This document shows positions 14,746-30,646 of a stretch of 64,000 bases of DNA, piece by piece; position 1 is the first letter of the stretch; every line of letters begins with the position of its first letter. The notes beneath the pieces were generated by a model, which was given only the letters and a program-made list of their open reading frames with translations, made no database searches and was not told the origin of the DNA. Both the position numbers and the translations under genes were made by a program. This DNA comes from the human T2T-CHM13v2.0 reference genome, Homo sapiens, in assembly GCF_009914755.1 (NCBI RefSeq), contig NC_060933.1. One strand, written 5' to 3'.

Positions 14746-16273
14746 TTACCTTGAAATACTTACATGGCAAAAATATTTACATGCTAAGTAATGGCAAAAA
14801 TGAGGCAATGATCAATTTGGCTGTATTAAATAGATAACTATTACTTTAAAAATACTGTGCTAATAAATATGCAAGTGATAAGATTGGTATTTTGCTAACA
14901 GTTGTGTTTGTTAAGAGGGCCCAAAGCAAGAAAACTCTCTGACCCAGTAATCTCTGCTCCCTGTAGGGTGTAAAGGAGGCAGTTTCCTGTTAGCTTATCA
15001 TTAACATTTCTATTAATATGCAGTATGAAGGGAAAGACGGGTTGTTTATTTGAACTGTTAGTAAGCTCCACTAGTCGGACAAATTGTTTTTTTTCCTGTC
15101 AGCCCTGGGCAGCAACAAGATTCTCCCGGGAAAACATCTTCATGTGTCAAATGCTATAGTGCTTAAGTAAAATAAAGTATGACTCCAGACCATAAAGCTT
15201 TTGATAGGGATCATTAATTTTTGTTTTCAATTTAGACTTGAATAAAACTTTTAAATTTACGTTAAAAACAAAATAAAAACTTACATGGAAATTTTCATAG
15301 ATCTTAATAGTCATGAAGAATATAGTCTCTAATGATGAAATATTTAGACAACATATACAAATATACAGATATGAACTTAGGAAGTATTTTACAACTTGGT
15401 CATTCTCTCCAGCTTATTAGCTCATTTTCTTGCCAAGAAAGCAGAGCAGAGTGGCATCTTTAATCATCTCTCATAATTCATTAGATAACTCCTCCATGCA
15501 TTTACTGTACCAACTATTACAACATTTCAGCCTAGTGATGGGATCTCATATAAAAAGGCATACCAGTAAAATGGCAAATACCATACCCAAATTCATTTAA
15601 AAGACTAATAAAAGTGAAAGGCTAGCTTTCAATAGCAGGAGCTTCTTCAGCAAGGAAAGAATGTTTTCTTCCATTAGATGGTTATTAAAAATTTATATCT
15701 CTCCCTGCTCTGAACACCAAGAGCACTTTCTATAGGGTGTTAACATATTATTCTGTCTTTAAGAAACAAATTAATTCTATCCTTAAATTAGTTATTTGCA
15801 CTGGTGTCTTACTTCCTCCAACAGACGGGGAGTACCTTGAAAGTAGAGACCACCTTATTCAATTTTGTATCCCACAGATCACTGTACCCTGTTTGTACAC
15901 AAGAAACATTCAAATATGTACTAAATGAATGATTAGATGGATGAATAGGTAGATGATGTTAACACACTAAGAATTTAGAGAGACGATATTGGATATGAGA
16001 AGTAGGAGGAAAAGGTCCAGAAATTGAAATTGCGAACAAACATTTTAACATGTTTGAGGAAACTGAGGTTATCAAATAAAAATAAAGTCTATACTATAAT
16101 TTGGTTTTAATTATATAATAGCAAAAAGCACACCACTTGGTGATGATCCACAGACTTAGAAGGAATCTCACAAAGGATCTTCCCACCTATTGCAGAAACC
16201 CCTCTACATCACTACTTAACAGTTGGTTCCCCCAGCTGTTCTTTGGTACGATTTCCAGGCACTTCAGCACATA

Positions 16274-17068
16274 CAGTCACACTGCATAAAAATGTTTTGG
16301 TTAATGAGAGGCTACATATATGACAGTGGTCCCATAAGATTATAATGAAGCTGAAAAATTCCTGGAGCCTCTTGATGTCTTGATAATCCTGACCCTGTGT
16401 AGGTCTAGGCTAATGTGTGTATTTTTGTCTTGGTTTTCAACAAAAAAGCTAAAAAGAAAAAAATATTTTAATAAAACAAGCAAACAGAATGAGGTTATAA
16501 AGAAAGATGTTTTTGTACAGCTATGTAACGTGTTGGTATTTTAACCTCCATATTATAACAAAAGAGTCAAACGTTTATACAGTTAAAAAGTTACAGTAAG
16601 CTAGTTAATTTAGTATTAAAGAAAAAAGATATTTTAAAATACGTTTAGTATTGCGTAAGTTTACTGTTTATAAAGACTACAGTAAGGTACAGTAATAACT
16701 TAGGCCTTCTCATTCACTCATCACTCACTGACTCACCCAGAGCAACTTCTAGTCCTGCAAGTTTCATTCATGTTAAGTGCCCTATACATGTGTATAACTT
16801 TTTATCTTTTATACTATATTTTTACTGTGTCTTTTCTACGTTTAGATACACAAATACCATTGTATTACAATTACCTACAATATTCAGTACATTAACATAC
16901 TATACAAGTAGCCTAAGAGTAATAGGCTATTCCATATAGCCCAGATGTGTAGTAGGCTATACCATCTAGGTTTGTGTAAGTATATTCTATGACGTTTGCA
17001 CAATGACAAAATTGCCTAATGACACATTTCTCAGAACATATCCCCGTCATCATGCCATGCGTGACTGT
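16274..17068. mobile_element. Tigger3b/c (MER7B/C) DNA transposon, opposite orientation to the 5.0 kb copy
   Basis: TA-CAGTCAC...GTGACTG-TA termini and taggctataccatctaggtttgtgtaagt. Confidence 0.8.
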
Positions 17069-18771
17069 ACTATATACTTGAAAATTCCTAAGAGAGTCTA
17101 TAATATTCTCACAACAAAAAAAAATAAGTATGTGAGGTGACAGATATGGTAATTAGCTTCATGTAATCATTTAACAATGTATACATATATCAAAATATCT
17201 CATTGTACATCATAAATATACACAATTTTTGTCAATTATACCCTAATAAAGCTGCATGGTGGAATAAAGCAAATCATCCATAAATTACCACAAAACAGAA
17301 GAAGAGTTATATTACATTAGTGGATAAAAATTCAACACTTCTTGTACAGTGCTATAATTTAAGGTTTTTAATTCAGTCATGAAAATAAATGATTTGAGAC
17401 TTTCAGGACTAGAGGCTAATAAAACATCAGGTAAAAGAGGTTATCAAACATTACTCCTGTTAATAAGATTTCTAATTCATAGACGCATTAGCTAGGTGTC
17501 AAGTGTTTTCTTAGAATATCTTAGTAAATGAGTTTAGAAAACAAGAAGTATTTCTAGTGAGTTTGTTTATTTAAAGCTCAATATCTTAAAACCTTGATAT
17601 TTAAAGTGTGGTCTCTGAAACTGCCACGCTGGTATCACCTAGGAGCTTGTGAGAAATAGAGAATACTAGGCCCCACTCTAGACCCACTGAATGAGAAGCT
17701 CCACTTCAGTAAGATGCCCAGTTGATTCCTATGCACACTAAAGTTCAGGAATACTGTTTTGGAAAGCAATTTTTTTTACTCTAGGAGCAAGCGTGTAAAT
17801 TCATTTTAAACTCTGTACAATGTTTTTGATCCTCAAATATGAACACAAGTACAAGTAAGACTCATCTGTGACAATGCATTGACATGCAAATTGCTGTGCT
17901 TTTAGAAAAATGTAGAATGAATCTGTAACCTATCAGAGATGTACATAGATGTTAATTTTTTAAAGTATACTGTCTTCTGCTCAAAAAAACAGCTTAAACA
18001 GATATTTCTGCATGAAATCACTGTCATAAAATAGAAGCTTCAATAAGGGATGTTTCTTTCCCTGTGGCATTACTGTTCTCAGTTGGCAGTACATCTGCTA
18101 GGCATTCTGCTGTAATAGCTTAGTGTATTTTTGCTAAATCTTTCATTGACTTGCCTTTCTGTTGGGAGATTCTCAGAGCCCTTTCTTTACAAACTATGTC
18201 TCTCCTATAGCAAAAAACAAGCAATGTACCAGGCAACAGTTATCTTCCATTTCTAATCTAGATTGACAAGTCAGCCTACCATCTGAAGTCCCAATGCCCT
18301 GAGACCTAGGCTGCTTCTCCTCCCTGGGGACCACTTCCCTGACTCCAATCAGTCCACTCTTGCTTTCAGTTTCGCATTAAGCTCGCAGATAAGAGAAGTA
18401 TAAAGGTTTCCAGTTGGCTTCAAGGAGCAGGAGATGTTGAAATGTCCCTGGAGAAAAGAAGCTGAGGCTGACAGGAACTATAAGGGCCTTGAAGTTGGGT
18501 ATCAATCAAGGCACATCTCACACTATTCACATTCCCAGAAGCACTATAATGAACTAGAAGTTCAAAGAGAGGGGAAAAATAGGACTAAGTATAGAATAAC
18601 ACTGGGAAGCCACTTTAACCCTTAAATTGTTCAGTAGTACAACCTTCCTATAGCATCAGTGCAACCCATCTTGGTCATGTGAGAACCAACCTGCATTTAT
18701 AAAGAAACACTAGAAGAATTATAAGATTTCTGGACAGAGTGAGAGCCTGTCTCTAAAAAAACCAAACAACC

Positions 18772-20928
18772 GCTCTCGCTCTCGCTCTCCCTCTCGCTCT
18801 CCCTCTCCCTCTCCCTCTCCCCACGGTCTCCCTCTCCCTCTCTTTCCACAGTCTCCCTCTGATGCCGAGCGGAAGCTGGACTGTACTGCTGCCATCTCGG
18901 CTCACTGCAACCTCCCTGCCTGATTCTCCTGCCTCAGCCTGCCCAGTGCCTGCGACTGCAGGCGCGCGCCGCCGCGCCTGACTGGTTTTCGTATTTTTTT
19001 GGTGGAGACGGGGTTTCGCTGTGTTGGCCGGGCTGGTCTCCAGCTCCTAACCGCGAGTGATCCGCCAGCCTCGGCCTCCCGAGGTGCCGGGATTGCAGAC
19101 GGAGTCTGGTTCACTCAGTGCTCAATGGTGCCCAGGCTGGAGTGCAGTGGCGTGATCTCGGCTCGCCACAACCTCCACCTCCCAGCCGCCTGCCTTGGCC
19201 TCCCAAAGTGCTGAGATTGCAGCCTCTGCCCGGCCGCCACCCCGTCTGGGAAGTGAGGAGCGTCTCTGCCTGGCCGCCCATCGTCTGGGAGTTGAGGAGC
19301 CCCTCTGCCTGGCTGCCCAGTCTGGAAAGTGAGGAGCGTCTCTGCCCGGCCACCATCCCATCTAGGAAGTGAGGAGCGCCTCTTCCCGGCCGCCATCCCA
19401 TCTGGGAAGTGAGGAGCGTCTCTGCCCAGCCGCCCATCGTCTGAGATGTGGGGAGCGTCTCTGCCTGGCCGCCCCGTCTGAGAAGTGAGGAGCCCCTCCG
19501 CCCGGCAGCCGCCCCGCCTGAGAAGTGAGGAGCCCCTCCGCCCGGCAACCACCCCGTCTGGGAAGTGAGGAGCGTCTCCGCCCGGCAGCCACCCCGTCCG
19601 GGAGGGAGGTGGGGGTCAGCCCCCGCCAGGCCAGCCGCCCCGTCCGGGAGGGAGGTGGGGGGGTCAGTCCCCCGCCCGGCCAGCCGCCCCATCCGGGAGG
19701 GAGGTGGGGGAGTCAGCCCCCCGCCCGGCCAGCTGCCCCATCCAGGAGGTGAGGGGCGCCTCTGCCCAGCCGCCCCAACTGGGAAGTGAGGAGCCCCTCT
19801 CCCCGGCCAGCAGCCCCGTCCGGGAGGGAGGTAGGGGGGTCAGCCCTGCGCCCGGCCAGCCGCCCCGTACGGAAGGTGAGGGGCGCCTCTGCCCAGCCGC
19901 CCCTACTGGGAAGTGAGGAGCCCCTCTACCCGGCCAGCTGCCCCGTCCGGGAGGGAGGTGGGGGGGTCAGCCCCCCGCCCGGCCAGCCGCCCCGTCCGGG
20001 AGGGAGGTGGGGGGGTCAGCCCCCTGCCCGGCCAGCCGCCGGGCCAGGCGCCCCGTCCGGGAGGTGAGAGGTGCCTCTGCCCGGCCGCCCCTACTGGGAA
20101 GTGAGGAGCCCCTCTGCCCGGCCAGCCGCCCCGTCCGGGAGGGAGGTGGGGGTTCAGCCCCCCGCCCGGCCAGCCGCCCCGTCGGGGAGGGAGGTGGGGG
20201 GGTCAGCCCCCAGCCCGGCCGGCTGCCCCGTCCGGGAGGGAGGTGGGGGGGTCAGCCCCCCACCCGGCCAGCCGCCCCGTCCGGGAGGGAGGTGGGGGAG
20301 TCAACCCCCCACCCGGCCAGCCGCCCCGTCCGGGAGGTGAGGGGCGCCTCTGCCCGGCCGCCCCTACTGGGAAGTGAGGAGCCCCTCTGCCCGGCCAGCC
20401 GCCCCGTCTGGGAGGTGTACCCAACAGCTCACTGAGAACGGGCCATGATGACAATGGCGTTTTTGTGGAATGGAAAGGGGGGAAAGGTGGGGAAAAGATT
20501 GAGAAAACGGATGGTTGCCGTGTCTGTGTAGAAAGAAGTAGACATGGGAGTCTTTTCATTTTGTTCTGTACTAAGAAAAATTCTTCTGCCGTGGGATCCT
20601 GTGGATCTGTGACCTTACCCCCAACCCTGTGCTCTCTGAAACATGTGCTGTGTCCACTCAGGGTTAAATGGATTAAGGGCGGTGCAAGATGTGCTTTGTT
20701 AAACAGATGCTTGAAGGCAGCATGCTCCTTAAGAGTCATCACCACTCCCTAATCTCATGTACCCAGGGACACAAACACTGCGGAAGGCCGCAGGGTCCTC
20801 TGCCTAGGAAAACCAGAGACCTTTGTTCACTTGTTTATCTGCTGACCCTCCCTCCATTATTGTCCTATGACCCTGCCAAATCCCCCTCTGCGAGAAACAC
20901 CCAAGAATGATCAATAAAAAAAAAAAAG
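18772..20928 (+). mobile_element. Full-length SVA retrotransposon (SVA_D-like; subfamily uncertain)
   Basis: (CCCTCT/CGCTCT)n head, antisense Alu-like region, GC-rich VNTR (~19230-20410), SINE-R ending in ccaagaatgatcAATAAA-polyA, and inner TSD AAAAAAACCAAAC. Confidence 0.97.
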
Positions 20929-21060
20929 AAAAAAACCAAACCAACCAAAAAAAAGAAAAAAGAAAAGAAGCATTTATATGTACTGTATATATATTTGTAA
21001 GTGCCTGCTCTACTTACTGTGCAAATCCATTTCTTAGAATACTCTACAAAACTACTTTCA

Positions 21061-21255
<195 letters not shown>

Positions 21256-22615
21256 TTACCCAGTTCAAATAAAAAAAAAATTATAAGATTTCTTCGTTAA
21301 ATAAGTCAAAATATGGTGCAGAAATGCTTGAGAAAACAAATTCCATACCTCCAAAAAGTTCAAATATAGATAATACAAATCCTTAATCTCAAATTCTGCC
21401 AGTAAAAACAATCATGGACAAATAAAAAGAAACAAAATTTGTTGCAATTAATACTTTTTCTTGAATTTTAGTTATTTGATCATGCATGAATTTCCATTAA
21501 AAACTGATGTTATCTGTGTTTCGTTCTTCAGCGTATTTAAAAATGAGATTAACTAATTTACCTGGAACAGACAATGTATTTTTCTCTGACCTTCAAAGAG
21601 TATATTTTTGTTATAAAAAGTTTTTCAGAGCTGGGGGTGAACTTCTCAATGTGCGGAAAAAAATTATTCTCTTAAAATCACCACATTTTGCTCTTCTAAA
21701 ACTCAAACTTCTAGCAATGGCAGTACTAACAAAGCATGGGAATTGGAAGAAAAGTCAAGATGAGAATTGTGACCATTCTACTTTGTGCTGCACTGTAATT
21801 CTTACCCAGGAAACTTGATGAGAGAAAGTTACCTTAAGAGAATCTACATACATGTTGGTACATACATCTTTTGTTCACTCACTCCTTCCACAAATATTTC
21901 ACTGAGTCATCACAGTGTCAACATGCTAGACACTGTGAAAAACATAATTTGTACATGGTTACATTAATCTTACAAACTTCATTTTCACATTAAAAATAAA
22001 AGAGAGAAAGAAGGTTCTCTCATTCAAATATTTTAATTTAAAAGTCATCCATAATTCCTGCAAAGTCATTATATATTCTCTAAAGAAGATAACTGCTGGG
22101 CATTAAACCATGAGATTACTTGTATGTCAGTACTCTGTTTTTGCCTGGGTTTTCATGAAGCTTTGAATTAATTTTAGTGCAGAATGAATGTATCCACACT
22201 GTTACTGAACAATCTTTTAACATCACTAAAAGTGGAACAACCAAGTATTCTGCTTCTTGATGGGATGCAATACGAAACAGAAAGCACCACTTGTAAATAT
22301 TCTTAACAACAACCAATTTGAACATGATCTCAATTTAATCAAGCCCAAGAAACTAGTGTATAAGAAACATTGGCTATAGAGGAACATCTTGTAAAATGAC
22401 ACCATGAGGATGCAAGCTGCCATATCGGATGACAGGAAATTTTACAGAAAACAATGATAGCCTATCTTCATTTGGCCTCCCCCCAGAAGTAGACTCTGAG
22501 ACAAGGAGTTAAGCACAAGGAGTCAAGTATTTGGGAGATAAAGGAGGAACAGAGAAGTGAGACAGGGACAGAAACTCAGAAACTCAGGCAATATACTATA
22601 GCAGGTGAGCTATAG

Positions 22616-22903
<288 letters not shown>

Positions 22904-23249
22904 TAGCCCTTTTACTAGCTGTTGCTATTGGCACACACATTTCTACACTCCAAAGTATGAGGAAAATATCTCCTATGTGTCAAAGAATGCCTTTATTTCA
23001 TTACTAAACATGTGGCCCTGACTGTTTTTGGGTGAGTAAATGGCCTTTAAGGAAAAACTGTCTTCAGTGAAACCTTGGCTTACTTATTTTCCACAGTCAC
23101 TTAGTTCCAGAATCACTCTCAGACTTCCTAGTTTCTTATTCTTAAGTAGAGTACTGTACGTATTCTTGGGTAAAAATGTTTTTATTACCAAATCCCCTAA
23201 TGATTCCATTACTATATATATCCAAAGTATTAATCCACTGCTGACTTTA

Positions 23250-23562
<313 letters not shown>

Positions 23563-24154
23563 AACCTCTGTGTTTTAAAAATTACATTGTTACTTCTAAC
23601 CAAATTAATTCTAAATATCAATCAGAAGTAGTCCTTGAGAGGCCATATACTTCTTGAGGTGCCTATCCTAATTAATGATCATTAGAAGAATCTTTAATGC
23701 TGTCCCATCTGCCACACATACTGTTTGAATTAGCTTTGTAAAGCAAACAGATTTATCTTTCATTTAGTCTAAAATACTCCCAGTGACAGTCTCAAAGCTT
23801 TCTTATATATTAAGGGTCACTAAGGTTGATCTTCATTACTACCACATAGTAGTTCAGCTTTCTAAGCACTTTTACCAAAAAGCTAATCAGAGAATGACCT
23901 TGGTGTGTTAAAAGGAAATCTGAATTTAGGAATCTATCTCCTTTGCTCATGTCTGTCCTCACTTTTGTACTTGCTGTGAGATGGAGGTACAGAAAGAAGA
24001 AGTAAGCATTGGCACAATTAGGAATATACTGTTTACTTTAATCCTCAAAACCATTTGGGAGGTAGAGAGAAAAGACCAACAAGCAGGGACAAAGGAAGAG
24101 AACTCATTTTTCTAAAAAACAGAACTAAAAAACAAAAAAGTTCTCTAACTCTCT

Positions 24155-24435
<281 letters not shown>

Positions 24436-25830
24436 TAACTCTCTATCTTCTGGAGTTTTGAGGCAGTCAATCAACCTTAGAGGTAAGAAGGGCAATCTTC
24501 CAAGTCCCTGAGTCATCCACAACCTTCAAACGTTGAATCCTTCTGAATTTTAGATTTTTATAACATGTATTAATTAAAATAATGAGGTATAGGATGTCCT
24601 TAATTTCCTAATGTTTGAACTTCATGCTGACTCTTCAAAATTGCCCACTGAATATATGCTGCCTTTGGGCTTTAATGAAGCAGTTGACAAACATTTCAAG
24701 CAATTTTAAGTGGTGATTTGGATCTGGTAACAGTTCATTTCAGTCAAGAGGCAGATGATTTAAAAATAAGTACCCTGTAACAAACTCAAAACTTCCCAAG
24801 TACGGTTTCAAAGAGAGTATAAGCTTACATAATTCAAATTAAGAATTTCACATTCTATAGCCAAAGAGAATTTTAAAAGTAATGCATGATCAAGTTTTTT
24901 TTAAAAAAACTAAACAATTGGTCATTGTTTTCTTCTGAATATGAACTCTCATAAAAGCTTGCTTTTATAACTGTTACATAGAATTAGTTGAGATTATGAT
25001 TAAACTACAATTGACCTTCTGCAGTCTATGAGTTGGGAGTCAAGAGACCTAGGTTTTGGTACCAGCTCTACCACTCACAATGTAACCTTAGGCATGCATT
25101 TCTCTACCTCCTGACCTCAGAGTTCTATTTGTCCATAAATAAGCTGAACTAATAATCTAAGGCTGCTTTTGATTCTGATGTTCTAAGATTCAGCAGAGAT
25201 GTGGAGACGCCTTCTTTCAGTGGAATTTGTCTTCCATTGAAGATAAACATTAAAATCATTACTGGACTAAAAACTGTTTCACAAGAAATCATTCTCACAT
25301 TTTTGACAAATACACAGCAACAGAAATTTTCAATTACATTCTACATAGGTGAGACTACATATACTAACCTCTAAGAAGTTAATATCCAAATGTGTGTTAT
25401 CATCTAACAGCAGAGGCTTTTCAAACTTTTTATGACCATGATCCACAGCAAGAAATACACTTTACACTGCAGTCCAGGAAACAGAAACACAAATAAAAGT
25501 TTCTCAAAACTACCTATCCTTACTACATTCAATGCACAGTAGTATTTTCTATTCCTATCCTTTTAATTAATGTTGAATGTAAGCCCAATACAACAAATTA
25601 ATGTATCCCAGTTTGCAGTTCCAAAAATACTGCTCTAAAGACTATTATACACTTATTCAAACAATACTGCTCAAAATATTTTGGAGAGAAAATCTCCTTT
25701 GGAAATCCCTTAAAAAGCCATGATCCATGCTTTTCAACACACTCCATCATTACAAAGCTAAGACTTTTGGGGATTAATCTTTCTGAAAAGGTAAATTTCG
25801 CTAGAGCCAAATGTCCAAAGTGGGTTATCA

Positions 25831-25957
25831 CAGGAGTCCCCAAACCCAAGGCTACAGACCAGTACTAGTCCGCAGTTTCATCCTGAAACTATCCTCCCCA
25901 CCCCCGTCAGTCTTCCACAAAACCACTGCCTGGTGCCAAAAACGTTCAAGACTGCTG
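25831..25957. mobile_element. Internally deleted MER1-like hAT MITE
   Basis: CAGGaGTCCCCAA start and perfect 8-bp TSD GGTTATCA (25823-25830, 25958-25965). Confidence 0.75.
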
Positions 25958-26226
25958 GGTTATCACACTGAATAACACTATTCAGAATATTCTGACTCAT
26001 GTAGAGCTCTAGCATTGGCTAATTAATCACGGTGTTCCTAGGAGTGAAATTGATAGGAAGCCTACTGCATTCCTACTTAATTTATATAAGGAAAAAACTT
26101 GTAGGTCGAATGGACAAAAGACTAATTTGAATTATAAACCGAGAATCATGGCCCCTCGATCAATTTCCAGACTTGAGCCAGTTTATAGACCCAGAACCCC
26201 TTGAATGAAGGGGAGGCTGAGTCCCC

Positions 26227-29200
26227 TTGAGGAAGGACCCCACTACACTACCAACAATTTATGCAGTGAATCTTTGTCCCATCCTTCCCCAAGGAGACCT
26301 CTGGCCTTTTACCAGGGTAACTGTGCATTGGAGAAAGGGAAATAATCAGACATTTTGGGGACTACTGGACACTGGATCTGAGCTGATGTTGATTCCAGGG
26401 GACCCAAAATGTCATCGTGGTCCTCCAGTTAAAGTAGGGGCTTATGGAGGTCAGGTAGTTAATGGACTTTTAGCTCAGGTCTGACTTACAGAGGGTCCAG
26501 TGGGTCCCCGGACTCATCCTGTGGTCATTTTCCAGGTGCCAGAATGCCTAATTGGCAGAGACACACTTAGCAGCTGGCAGAACCCCCACATTGGCTCCCT
26601 GACTGGTAGGGTGAGGGCGATGATGGTGGGAAAAGCCAAATGGAAGCCATTAGAGCTGCCTCTACCTAGAAAAATGGTAAGTCAAAAACAATATCGCATC
26701 CTTGGAGGGACTGCAGAGATTAGTGTCACCATCAAGGACTTGAAAGACGCAAGGGTGGTGATTCCCAGCACATCCCCATTCTACTCTCCTATCTGGCCTG
26801 TGCAGAAGATAGATGGATCTTGGAGAATGACAGAGGATTATCGTAAGCTTAACCAAGTGGTAACTCCAACTGCAGCAGCTGTACCAGATGTGGTTTCATT
26901 ACTTGAACAAATTAACACATCTCCCGGTACCCGGTATGCAGCCATTGATTTGACAAATGCTTTTTTCTCCATTCCTTTCCATAAGGCCCACCAGAAGCTA
27001 TTTGCCTTCAGCTGGCAAGGCCAGCAATATACCTTTACTGTCCTACCTTGGGGGGATATCAACTCTCCAGCTCTGTGTCATAATCTTATTCGGAGAGACC
27101 CTGATTGCTTTTCACTTCCACAAGATATCACACTGGTCCATCACATTGATGACATTATGTTAACTGGATCCAGAGAGCAAGAAGTAGCAGACACACGGGA
27201 CTTCTTGGTGAGACATCTGCATGCCAGAGGATGAGAAATAAATCTGACTTAAATTTAGGGACGTTCTAACTCAGTAAAATTTCTAGGGTTTCAGTGGTGT
27301 GGGGCCTGTCGAGATATTCCTTCTAAGGTAAAGGATAAGTTGCTGCATTTGGCCCCTCCTACAACCAAGAAACAGGCACAACACCTAGTGGGCCTATTTG
27401 GATTTTGGAGGCAACATATTCCTCTTTTGGGTGTATTACTCCAGCCCATTTATCGAGTGACTCAAAAGGTTGCGAGTTTTGAGTGGAGTCAAGAACAGAA
27501 GACGGCTCTGCAACAGGTCCAGGCTGCTGTGCAAGCTGTTCTGCCACTTGGGCCATATAACCCAGCAGATCCAATGGTGCTTGAGGTCTCAGTGGCAGAT
27601 AGGGATGCTGTCTGCAGCCTTTGTCAGGCCCCTATAGGTGAATCACAGTGGAGGCCTCTAGGATTTTGGAGCAAGGCCCTGCCATCTTCTGCAGATAACT
27701 ACTCTCCTTTTGAGAGACAGCTCTTGGCCTGTTAGTGAGCTTTGGTGTAAACTGAATGTTTGACTATAGGTCTTCAAGTCACCATGAGACCAGAACTGCC
27801 TATCATGAACTGGGTGCTTTCTGACCCATCTAGCCATAAAGTGGGTCATGCACAGCAGCATTCCATCAGCAAATGGAAGTGATACATACACGATCGGGCT
27901 CAAGCAGGTCCTGAAGGCACAAATAAGTTACATGAGGAAGTGGCTCAAATGCCCATGGTCTCCACTCCTGCCACCCTGCCTTCTCTTCCCCAACCTGCAC
28001 CAATGGCCTCATGGGGAGTTCCCTATGATCAGCTGACAGAGGAAGAGAAGACTAGGGCCTGGTTCACAGATGGTTCTGCATGATATGCAGGCACCACCCA
28101 AAAGTGGACAGCTGCAGCACCATAGCCCCTTTCTAGGATATCCGTAAAGGACAGCGGAGAAGGGAAATCTTCCCAGTGGGCAAAACTTCAAGCAGTGTAC
28201 CTGGCTGTGCACTTTGCATGGAAGGAGAAATGGCTAGATATGTGATTATATACTGATTCATGGGCTGTAGCCAATGGGGATGGTCAGTGACTTGGAAAAT
28301 TGGTGACAAAGAAATTGGGGGAAGAGGTATGTGGATGAACTTCTTTGAGTGGTCAAAAATTGTGAAGATATTTGTATCCCATGTGAGTGCTCACCAACGG
28401 GTGACTTCGGCAGAGGAGGATTTTAATAACCAAGTGGATAGGATGATCCATTCTGTGGACACCACTAAGCCTCCTTCCCCAGCCACCCCTGTCATCGCCC
28501 AATGGGCCCCATGAACAAAGTGGCCATGGTGGCAGGGATGGAGGTTACCCATGGGCTCAGCAACATGGACTTCCACTCACCAAGGCTGACCTGGCTTTGG
28601 CCACTGCTGAGTGCCCAGTTTGCCAGCAGCAGAGACCAACACTGAGCCCTCAATAAGGCACCTTTCCTCAGGGTGATCAGCCAGCTACCTGGTGGCAGGT
28701 TGATTATACTGGACCTCTTCTATCATGGAAAGGGCAGAGGTTTGTCCTCACTGGAATAGACACTTACTCCAGATATGGGTTTGCCTAACCTGCACACAAT
28801 GCTTCTGCCAAGACTACCATCCGTGGACTCGAGGCATGCCTTATCCACTGTCAGGGTATTCCACACAGCATTGCCTCTGACAAAGACGCTCACTTTACAA
28901 CTAAAGAAGTGTGGCAGTGGACTCATGCTCATGAAATTCATTGGTGTTACCATGTTCTCCATCATCCTGAAGCAGCTGGATTGACAGAACGATGGAATCG
29001 CCTTTTGAAGTCACAATTACAACGCCAACTAGGTGACAATACTTTGCAGGGCTCGGGCAAAGTTCTCCAGAAGGCCATGTATGCTCTGAATCAACATCCA
29101 ATATATGGTACTATTTCTCCCATAGCCAGGATTCATGGATCCAGTAATCAAGGGGTGGAAGTGGCACCACTCACCATCACCCCTAGTGATCCACTAGCAA

Positions 29201-29500
29201 AATTTTTGCTTTGTGTTCCCACAACATTACGTTCTGCTGGCCTAGATGTCTTAGTTCCAGAGGGAGGAATGACACAACAACAATTCCATTAAACTGGAAG
29301 TTCAGGTTGCCAGCTGGACACTTTGAACTCCTCCTATCTTTAAGCCAACAGGCTAAGAAGGGAGGTACAGTGTTGGCTGGGGTGACTGACCCAGACTATG
29401 AAGATGCAATCAGTCTACTACTCCATAACAGAGGTAAGGAAGAGTATACATGGAATACAGGAGATCTGTTAGGGTGTCTCTTAGTATTACTATGCCTTGT
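26227..29500 (+). pseudogene. Degenerate HERV-L pro-pol-dut
   Basis: ORFs 26227, 26500 and 27340 share one frame and are separated by stop codons. Frameshifts occur further downstream (28260, 28909, 29211). Confidence 0.9.
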
Positions 29501-29803
29501 GATTAACCACAACAGCCCAATCCAGGCAGAACTACAAATGGCCCAGACACTTCAGGAATGAAGGTTTGGGTCACTCCACCAGGAAAAAAAACACAACCAC
29601 CAGGAAAAAAAACCACAACCTGCTGAGGTGCTTGCTGAAAGCAAAGGAAATACAGAATGGGTAGAACAAGGCAGTCATCAATACCAGTTACGACCATGTG
29701 GCCAGCTGCAGAAATGAGGACTGTAACTGTCATGAGTATTTCCTCCTTTTGTTAAAAACGTTTGTGCATGTATGTATACACTTGTACTAAGAAAATATCT
29801 TCA

Positions 29804-30450
<647 letters not shown>

Positions 30451-30646
30451 TTATTGACTTCATATCAGCATTTAAGTATGTTAACTTTATGTAGTAGTAT
30501 TTGGGTTGGGGATTGGTGCCTTTCAGGTTGTGCGAAGGATAGTTGTATTATGTTAGGCATAATTATGACTTTATCATTGCCTTTATTTAAAGATTATGTA
30601 TGATCTCAGGAGATATATATGGGTTCAAGTTGATAAGGGGTGGACT

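Noticed and set aside
19240-20410. Recurring GGGAAGTGAGGAGC units resembling a repeat-spacer (CRISPR-like) array
   Set aside because: The intervening sequences are themselves repeated VNTR units, the context is eukaryotic, and there are no cas genes.
18902-20910. Many overlapping Pro/Gly/Arg-rich ORFs of up to 193 aa
   Set aside because: They are translations of the GC-rich SVA VNTR and SINE-R, not genes.
26500-27234. 244-aa RT ORF as a domesticated or active reverse transcriptase
   Set aside because: It is truncated by stops, starts at GTG, has HIDD instead of YIDD and lacks a 5' LTR. This is ordinary HERV-L decay.
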